Shown one piece after another: positions 57,734 to 64,000 of a DNA stretch of 64,000 nt. The position numbers and the translations under genes were made by a program. The DNA is taken from NCBI GenBank assembly GCA_031409655.1, contig JANNXQ010000078.1, positions 1 to 64,000 of the forward strand, read 5' to 3'. The stretch comes from Chthoniobacteraceae bacterium (GTDB taxonomy: Bacteria; Verrucomicrobiota; Verrucomicrobiia; Chthoniobacterales; Chthoniobacteraceae). Below the pieces are notes generated by a model. The model did no database searches, was not told the origin of the DNA, and saw only the letters and a list, made by a program, of their open reading frames with translations. Each line of letters begins with the position of its first letter. Position 1 is the first letter of the stretch.

Positions 57734-58924
57734 ATGAAACTCTACGCACAGCACGGATTTGGCGATGGGGACAAGGTCGCTACGGGATTGGAGAGGGGCT
57801 TGATTGACGGGGCCATCCTCGGTGCCAAAGACCTGCCGGCGGAAAAACTATCCGCCAAGCTCGGCGACCTGCGCGCGGCATCGGCGGGTGCGACGCTGGT
57901 TTTCGACCCGCAGTTTTACGTGAGCCTTCTCCGCAACAACGGTGCGCTCCGCCTCGGCGCACTGGAAAGCTACGATTACTTCCGCAGTTGGCGGCGCAGT
58001 CAGCTTGAGTCGTCCGAACGGGTCGCCGAAGTGCTGGACAGTGCGCTCGAATTTCAAGCGGCAGTTCCACAACTGGACGCGCTTATCGCACCGAACATTC
58101 TCATCTCCCGTTCATTCGATTCCGCCGAGGCGGTGATTGCGAAGAACTTCATCCGGGCGACAGCGAACCGGCACCGACAGACGGGAGACGCGCGGCCTGT
58201 TTTCGCGACGCTGGCTGTGTCGCGCGAGGCGCTGCTTCACACGGATGAATTCGAGAGTTTCCTTGCCGACATCACGCTGCTTGATGAGCCGCCAAACGGT
58301 TTTTACCTCCTCATTGGCGCATCCAGCAGCGAAGCGCGCGGCGAGATTCTCCACGCTGATGTCATCGCCGCGTGGATGCTGCTCAACCGCTCGTTGAAGC
58401 TGAACGGCTTTGAAGTCATCAATGGCTACTCGGATTTGCTGACACCCTTCCTTGCCGCTGTCGGGGCCGATGCCGGTGCTACGGGATGGTTCAACACACT
58501 CCGCGTATTTTCGCTGGAGCGTTTCGGCCCCGCCGCCGGGATGGCGCGGCAGCCGCTGCCGCGCTACCTGTCCGCGCGACTCCTAAATCGCCTGACTTTC
58601 GTCGAACTCAACGCGATGCGGGCGATGTTCCCAAAGATGCTGAATCGCCTGCCCACCGACGCTAGCTTTCCCAGCGACGATGAACCGGAACGAATTGCCG
58701 AGGCGTTTCAGGCATGGGAGGCATTACGAACGATGAGCGCAGCAATGTCCGGCGGCGACATCTCCGCCAATCTGGCGGCGTGCGAACTAGCCGTGGCGGA
58801 GGCGCGAAATGCCTACGGCACTATTGCCGCCGCTGGCTTCCGACTCGGGCCGAAATCCGGAGGCGACCACATCGCCGAAATCCACGAGGGACTTACCGCC
58901 TTCCGCGAGTCCGCAGAACTTTGA
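57734..58924 (+). CDS. Uncharacterised ~396-aa protein (beta/sce7725-like, TIM-barrel fold suspected)
   Basis: Starts 2 nt after kinase stop; LYAQHGFG, FDPQFY, IAPN, GFYL, INGYSD, ATGWFNTLRVFS, RYLS. Confidence 0.7.
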   Translation: MKLYAQHGFGDGDKVATGLERGLIDGAILGAKDLPAEKLSAKLGDLRAASAGATLVFDPQFYVSLLRNNGALRLGALESYDYFRSWRRSQLESSERVAEVLDSALEFQAAVPQLDALIAPNILISRSFDSAEAVIAKNFIRATANRHRQTGDARPVFATLAVSREALLHTDEFESFLADITLLDEPPNGFYLLIGASSSEARGEILHADVIAAWMLLNRSLKLNGFEVINGYSDLLTPFLAAVGADAGATGWFNTLRVFSLERFGPAAGMARQPLPRYLSARLLNRLTFVELNAMRAMFPKMLNRLPTDASFPSDDEPERIAEAFQAWEALRTMSAAMSGGDISANLAACELAVAEARNAYGTIAAAGFRLGPKSGGDHIAEIHEGLTAFRESAEL

Positions 58925-59543
58925 CACTCCGCATCAGCGTCTCCACCGCCCGCGCACGGGCACGCGGGCTGAGTGGCTTGGCGGGGCGCGGTGAGTAGTG
59001 GCGGACGATGCGGGCGGTGTCGGCGTCGAATGACCAGAGGCCGACTTTCAGATGGCGAAAGAGGTCGAGCTTTTCCATCGCGAGTCTCGCGGCCGACTTC
59101 GGCAGAACGACGTAGGCAGCGTTTGCGAACCAGCGGTAGCGGCACGCCTGGCTGAGCGCCTTGCGCCAGTCGGTGAGCTTCATCTCGAAGGCGAGCAGCG
59201 ACTCGTCGCGGATGAATGTCTCGTTGCGAAGCTCGACTGCGCGGCCTTCATCGCGGCTGCCCGCATTCGTCCAGACGAACCACACAAAATCCGCGACACC
59301 GAAACCGGCGACCGCCAGCTCGCGCGCGGGCATGGACGAGCGCGGGCGGCCCGCTTGCATCCGCTCCGCGAGATAGGCGCGGCTAAACGCGAGGACGAAC
59401 CCCGATTCGCCCCGCTTGCGGCTCACATTGGCCGGTAAATTTTTGCGGGTGTTTGTCGCGATGGAAATCGGCGGATGGTCGGTGGCGCAACGCACGCTGC
59501 GTCTGTAACCGCCAGGATTCGCGACCGCAAGTGGCGCACTCAT
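58893..59543 (-). CDS. PD-(D/E)xK nuclease-like protein (sce7726/MmcB-like)
   Basis: RELAV...GVADFV...AFEMKLTDWRKALSQACRY..FANAAYVV...VGLW; start uncertain. Confidence 0.72.
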   Translation of the reverse strand: MSAPLAVANPGGYRRSVRCATDHPPISIATNTRKNLPANVSRKRGESGFVLAFSRAYLAERMQAGRPRSSMPARELAVAGFGVADFVWFVWTNAGSRDEGRAVELRNETFIRDESLLAFEMKLTDWRKALSQACRYRWFANAAYVVLPKSAARLAMEKLDLFRHLKVGLWSFDADTARIVRHYSPRPAKPLSPRARARAVETLMRSVKVLRTRGRR

Positions 59544-59553
59544 TTTCCGCCGC

Positions 59554-60813
59554 TCACGCGCCCTTCGGCTTGATGAACATGACCTCCGCGCGGTCGATCC
59601 AGCCTTTGCGCAGATCGAGGCGGAACCAGCCGTCGCTGTTTTTCCGGTGGATGCGGCAGCCGGAGCGCGGGCCGAATTCCTTCAGGTCGTACTGCGCCCA
59701 CGTCTTGCCCATGTCGGGCGAGTAGATGATGCCGTTCGCGTAGGTCGAGGCCGGGGCACAATGCGTCGCGAGCATCACGCCGTCCTGGATGATCATGTTC
59801 GCGGATTCGAACTTCGGGTTGAAGAGCAGCGTGTGCTTGGTCGTGTCCGTGATGTCCGCCGGCGCGCAGGTGAAGATGCCGCGATCATGCTCGGGGCCGA
59901 CCTTCGGGCCGTTCGCGTCGGCGATCCAATAGACGCGCCCGTCCACGAAGTTGATCCCGCCGCATTTGAAACGGGAGTCGGAGTTCACGCTGATGATCAC
60001 TTTCCAGCTCCACGCATCCGCCTTCGCGTCGTAGGTGCCGCGCAGCCAGTGGCACTCGTTGCCGTGGCCGCGGTCGATGTCGCCGGTGCACGCGTAGAAG
60101 GCGTTCTCGGTCGGGCTGTAGGTCACGTTGTGGATGTGGCGGCAGATGACCGGGTTCGTCGCGTCGCCGAGCAACGGCGCATCCGGCGCGGCGCCCTTTT
60201 GCTGGAACTTCGGATTCTGCCCGAACGAATACGCGAGCTTCACCGTCTGCCCGTTGTCGGTGGAGTAGAAGATATTCACCGGCACCGCGCCGCCGACCAC
60301 GTTGCAGTAGTTGCCCCACACGAGCATCTCCTTGCCATCCACCTCGAAGCAGTGCTCGCCATCGAGCGGATGAAAATACCAGCCGGGCAGTTCCGGATTC
60401 ACCGGCTTGTGCGGGAGGTAGTCACTGCCGTCGCGATTCTTCACGATGATCTCGCGGTGCGTCTTCAGATTGTCCGTGCTCAGGAAAAGATGCGTGGTCG
60501 TGGCGAAGAGGATGTTCCCATTTTTCAAAATGACGCTGAACGTGACCGCGTCCGCATAGGGAAATTCCGCGCTGTGCGCCCACGTCTTTGCATTGTCCTC
60601 CGAGAGGAAAATCTTCCCGTCGCCGAAGCCGAATGCCTTGTTGTCACGCTGCGAATCGATGTATGGCCCCTCCGGCGCGCCGCGGTAGAAGAAGTGCTCC
60701 GTCTCCCGGATGTCCGAGCGCGCGGCGCTGAGTCTGTGTGGCAGCAGGAAGCTGCCCGCGGTGGCCGCCGTGGCCCCGAGCCACTGGCGGCGTGTGAGTA
60801 ATGGGCTTTTCAT
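59554..60813 (-). CDS. Tat-exported beta-propeller/BNR-repeat protein
   Basis: TRRQWL, Asp-box-like SEDNAKTW, STDNGQT, SPDMGKTW; RHIH, TGD. Confidence 0.75.
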   Translation of the reverse strand: MKSPLLTRRQWLGATAATAGSFLLPHRLSAARSDIRETEHFFYRGAPEGPYIDSQRDNKAFGFGDGKIFLSEDNAKTWAHSAEFPYADAVTFSVILKNGNILFATTTHLFLSTDNLKTHREIIVKNRDGSDYLPHKPVNPELPGWYFHPLDGEHCFEVDGKEMLVWGNYCNVVGGAVPVNIFYSTDNGQTVKLAYSFGQNPKFQQKGAAPDAPLLGDATNPVICRHIHNVTYSPTENAFYACTGDIDRGHGNECHWLRGTYDAKADAWSWKVIISVNSDSRFKCGGINFVDGRVYWIADANGPKVGPEHDRGIFTCAPADITDTTKHTLLFNPKFESANMIIQDGVMLATHCAPASTYANGIIYSPDMGKTWAQYDLKEFGPRSGCRIHRKNSDGWFRLDLRKGWIDRAEVMFIKPKGA

Positions 60814-61997
60814 ATTTGCTTCGCCGCGGTCGGGCGTACCTTGAAATGGGCGAGGTAGATGTTCGCGGGATTGAAGGCCGCGCCCTTGGCCGTCGGAAAT
60901 TCGTGCGATGAGTAATAGCAGAGCAGCACCTCCCCGCCCTTCGGTCCGTCGGCGAAGCTTTGATACGCGTTGTCGCCGCCGCTGGGGATGATCCACGGGT
61001 TCTCGAGTCCGTTCTCGGTGACCGTCCACACTTTGCAGACCGCAGGATAACCATCAGGCCGAGGCTCGCGCACGTCGCGCGCGGAAAGCAGCAAGCCGCC
61101 GTCCTTCAACGCGTGCAGCGCGGGCCCGCCGAAATTGTTCACGCCGGTGGCGTAGGCCCGCCAGGGACCGTTGGGCTTCGCGCCGAAGACGATCACGCCG
61201 TCCTTCGAGGTGCGAATGGCCGAGACGAGCGTGCCGTCGGGCGTCCACGCCACATCGGCCTCGTGGCCCCAGCCGGTGCCGGGGCCGCCTTTGTGCATCG
61301 CGGCGGTCGGGCCTTCGCCGTAGGTGTGCAGCGCCTTGAATTTCACGCCATCCTCGGAGCGGTAGAGGATCAGGCCGAACAACCCGGGCGAGCCCTCCGC
61401 CTTGTTCCCGCAGCGCGCAAGGCTGTAAAACGCGCCGTCCGGGCCTTTGCGAATGCGGAAAAGCCAGCGGCGACGGTTGGGAGTGAGCACGAGTCCGCTG
61501 CCCGGCTTCGGCTCGACGAACTCCGACTCCAGCTCGCGCGGCTCGCTCCATGTCACGCCGTCGGCGGATTGCGAATAGAAATCTTCCTTCGAGTGAAAGA
61601 CGACCTGGACCTTGCCGTGATTGTCGAACACGAGCGGATCGCGGCAGTCGTGGTCGCGCGTGAACTCGGCGACCTTGTCCCACTTTTTCAAATCCTCGGC
61701 TTTCGCGCGGATGACGGTGATCTTCGACTCCGGTGCCTGATGCGAGTCCGACGTGCGGAATGAGACGTAGTAGAAGTCGCCGACGCGCGCGATGCCGGGG
61801 AATCCGTTGTGCCGCCCGTCGGTCCAGATGGTCTGCGAGTAATAAAATGAAACCATCGGGCGTGGCAGCGGCTTCACATCGAGCGAAAGATCCGGTGCGC
61901 TCGCAGCGCGGGCTGGAAGCGCACGACCGCCCGCGGCGAGGACGGAGGCTTGAAGCGTCGTGTGGAGGAAGCCGCGTCGAGTGAGATGGGTGTTCAT
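60810..61997 (-). CDS. Tat-exported sialidase-like (BNR) protein
   Basis: TRRGFL, HNGFPG, DCRDP, SADGVTW, SEDGVKF, SGGDNAY, CYYSSHE. Confidence 0.72.
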   Translation of the reverse strand: MNTHLTRRGFLHTTLQASVLAAGGRALPARAASAPDLSLDVKPLPRPMVSFYYSQTIWTDGRHNGFPGIARVGDFYYVSFRTSDSHQAPESKITVIRAKAEDLKKWDKVAEFTRDHDCRDPLVFDNHGKVQVVFHSKEDFYSQSADGVTWSEPRELESEFVEPKPGSGLVLTPNRRRWLFRIRKGPDGAFYSLARCGNKAEGSPGLFGLILYRSEDGVKFKALHTYGEGPTAAMHKGGPGTGWGHEADVAWTPDGTLVSAIRTSKDGVIVFGAKPNGPWRAYATGVNNFGGPALHALKDGGLLLSARDVREPRPDGYPAVCKVWTVTENGLENPWIIPSGGDNAYQSFADGPKGGEVLLCYYSSHEFPTAKGAAFNPANIYLAHFKVRPTAAKQI

Positions 61998-62043
61998 GTG
62001 AGAGAGTCTCGTAACGTCGAAGCCACAGCGTCGTTCCATGTAT

Positions 62044-63147
62044 TCATTTTCCCAACTCGCCGCAAAGCGCCAGCGCCCGCAGCGCCTGCGCGGTGCTGAT
62101 GTAGGTGATGTAGTGATACGTGTCGCGGTAGAGCGACTTCATCCACCAGCGCCCGCTCTCGCGCTGATTCGCCTTCAGCCACGCGACACCCTTTTGAATC
62201 CGCGCATCGTCCGCCGGCACGCCGCTCTCGCGCAGCAGCACGATGGCCCACGCCGTCAGGTAAGGATCGCTCGCCGGGCTGGCCGCGTCGGGCTCGCCCT
62301 GGATCATCGTCACGACCTTGGGGTCCATCGTTTCGTGCCACTTCATGAGGTCCGACATGCGCCGCGTGGACCACCCGCCATCCGGCTGCTGCCGACGCCA
62401 GAGCATCGCCGTCGCCGGCGCGCGCACCGGTGGCGGCACGAGGTCCGGCATGAGCGCGGAAAGCTGGAGCTTCAGCGCGAGTTCGTAGTCATTCACCGGC
62501 TCGTGTTCGCGCAGGAAATTCTTCATCCGCTCGACGCGTGCGAGCGTGTCGGCGTCCTTGAGATTCGCCAGCCAGCCCGGCGCGGTGGTGATGGCGCGCG
62601 CCGCCTGCACGGTCAGCTCGAAGTCCGTGGTGATGTAGGGAATCTCCACCTGCTTGATCGTGCGGAAAAATCCTTCGTCCGTGAGCAGCGTGAGCGTGTG
62701 CCGCAGCGAACGGTCGGTGTGCTCGCTGAGCTTGCCTGCGACGTGCTTGTCCCACGAAGCGAGACCGGAACTGCGCCACACGGATTTGATCGGGCTGGCG
62801 TCCTTGCCGCCATCCTTCGGCACCTCGTCGATGAAGTCCGCGAGCACCTCGTCGCTCGGCTGGCCGAGCCACGGCGTCAAAGCCGAGCGCTCGACCATGT
62901 AAACGCCCGTGCTGTGACACGCGATGCACGACTTTTCCCGAACCCAATGATGCGCGCCATCGTCGAGATATTTTGCCGCCGCCTGGATCGTCTCAGGTCC
63001 GAACGCCTTCACCCGCGGCTCGTCCGCCGTCGCTGCCGGGACTTCGATGCCCGCAGACTTGTATTGAAACTCCGGCTTCGGCTTCGTCTCGACCGCGTGC
63101 GCCGTGACGGCAACTGCTGCGAGGATGGCGATGAGGGAGGATTTCAT
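62044..63147 (-). CDS. Secreted prenyltransferase/squalene-hopene-cyclase-like protein
   Basis: Signal peptide, CIACH, QQPDGGW and NQRESGRW QW repeats, SDPY.T. Confidence 0.75.
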   Translation of the reverse strand: MKSSLIAILAAVAVTAHAVETKPKPEFQYKSAGIEVPAATADEPRVKAFGPETIQAAAKYLDDGAHHWVREKSCIACHSTGVYMVERSALTPWLGQPSDEVLADFIDEVPKDGGKDASPIKSVWRSSGLASWDKHVAGKLSEHTDRSLRHTLTLLTDEGFFRTIKQVEIPYITTDFELTVQAARAITTAPGWLANLKDADTLARVERMKNFLREHEPVNDYELALKLQLSALMPDLVPPPVRAPATAMLWRRQQPDGGWSTRRMSDLMKWHETMDPKVVTMIQGEPDAASPASDPYLTAWAIVLLRESGVPADDARIQKGVAWLKANQRESGRWWMKSLYRDTYHYITYISTAQALRALALCGELGK

Positions 63148-63235
63148 GGCGCAGAGATGCTGCACGATTCGAGCAATCTGGGCAGCATTCCTTTGGCCTG
63201 CGCCTCGCGGGCCCAGGCGCACGGCGGCGCTGATC

Positions 63236-64000
63236 CTACTTCGCCGCGGCATCGCGGGGCGGGCTCGGCAGAGGTGCTTCGGGGGTGAGCGAGAAATTGC
63301 GGAAGCCGGCCTTGCCGCCGATGAGCACGAAATCCACGCCGCCTTTCTCGCGCTCGAAAATCTGGTCCGTCGCGCTGAACTTCGTGCCGCCGATTTCGCC
63401 GTCGAGATTGATGCCGTCGAACTTGAGGGTGAGCGCGTGCCATGTGCCGGGCGTAAGGGCGACCGGGACTTTCTTGAGGATCACGTTCTTCTCGCCGGTC
63501 ACGTCGGCAAACGTAATGCGGTCGGCGGCGATGTCCGTGCGGATGATCACGTCGCCCGCCGGGTCGCGGAAGCGCAGCGTGAACTGGCTGTCGGGCGCGA
63601 GGTTGAACTCGTAGCCCAGCATGCCGTTGCGGAACTCCGCCGGGCCGCGCAGCAGCGCGTCCTTGTTCTCGGCATTCAGCGATGCCCAGAGCGCGCCGTC
63701 CTTCGCCTCCCAAGTTCCGCGCTGGGCCTTCCACGGCTTGCCGGGGAGCTTCGCAAAGGACTCGCGAATGGTGCCATCCTTCTCGATGTTCGCGGCTGCG
63801 TCGGGCGATTTGGGAAGCGGGACACCTTTGGTTTTCTTGCGCTCGCTCTTGGGCTTCTTCGTCTTTGCGCCCTCGGGCAGCGGCATCCCGAAACGCTTTG
63901 CACCGGCTTTGATGGGGTTCGCCATTTCGGCCAACCAGGCGTCGTGGAGCTTCGTGAGTTCGGCGACTTTCTCCGGCATCTGCTGCGCGAGATCATTTTT
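63236..64000 (-). CDS. C-terminal part of a probable sulfatase with an appended lectin-like domain (runs off the window)
   Basis: Frame open to the window edge; KNDLAQQMPEKVAEL...W typical of a sulfatase C-terminus, then beta-rich W..KDG...WHALTL domain. Confidence 0.6.
   Translation of the reverse strand, partial: KNDLAQQMPEKVAELTKLHDAWLAEMANPIKAGAKRFGMPLPEGAKTKKPKSERKKTKGVPLPKSPDAAANIEKDGTIRESFAKLPGKPWKAQRGTWEAKDGALWASLNAENKDALLRGPAEFRNGMLGYEFNLAPDSQFTLRFRDPAGDVIIRTDIAADRITFADVTGEKNVILKKVPVALTPGTWHALTLKFDGINLDGEIGGTKFSATDQIFEREKGGVDFVLIGGKAGFRNFSLTPEAPLPSPPRDAAAK

Noticed and set aside
55595..59553. Integrative element or prophage boundaries around the kinase cassette
   Set aside because: No integrase, tRNA target or flanking direct repeats found by eye

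Overview
High-GC bacterial chromosomal segment from a diderm (Tol-Pal, PEP-CTERM protein, Tat-exported oxidoreductases, sulfatases, DUF3500). It is most consistent with Verrucomicrobiota, Chthoniobacter-like (inference only). Layout: (i) COG0523 GTPase and a rhomboid-like gene; (ii) a ~22 kb, mostly minus-strand surface-polysaccharide cluster (wzx, wzy-like, glf, kdsB-like, GTs, acyltransferase, 8 SAM methyltransferases) with HEPN-MNT and RelE/ParE TA pairs and a Uma2 nuclease; (iii) pal-tolB, a J-protein/Hsp70 pair and rnc; (iv) a complete dltD-C-X-A-B D-alanylation operon, including a dltX missed by the ORF track and a DltB with an extra C-terminal domain; (v) housekeeping genes around mnmG with two parS-like palindromes, and a possible oriC-like segment near 30.2 kb; (vi) a secreted FN3-tethered putative toxin with a CPCC immunity-like gene; (vii) a sugar-oxidation cluster whose GMC gene has an in-frame amber stop; (viii) a 3.7 kb cassette of AAA ATPase, Ser/Thr kinase, uncharacterised beta/TIM-barrel-like protein and a convergent PD-(D/E)xK nuclease. 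This cassette is the best candidate for an undescribed, probably anti-phage, system. Also present: two copies of a REP/MITE-like inverted-repeat element and several heptamer tandem repeats. No tRNA, rRNA, CRISPR array or transposase was seen. All calls are from motif recognition by eye; no database searches were run.
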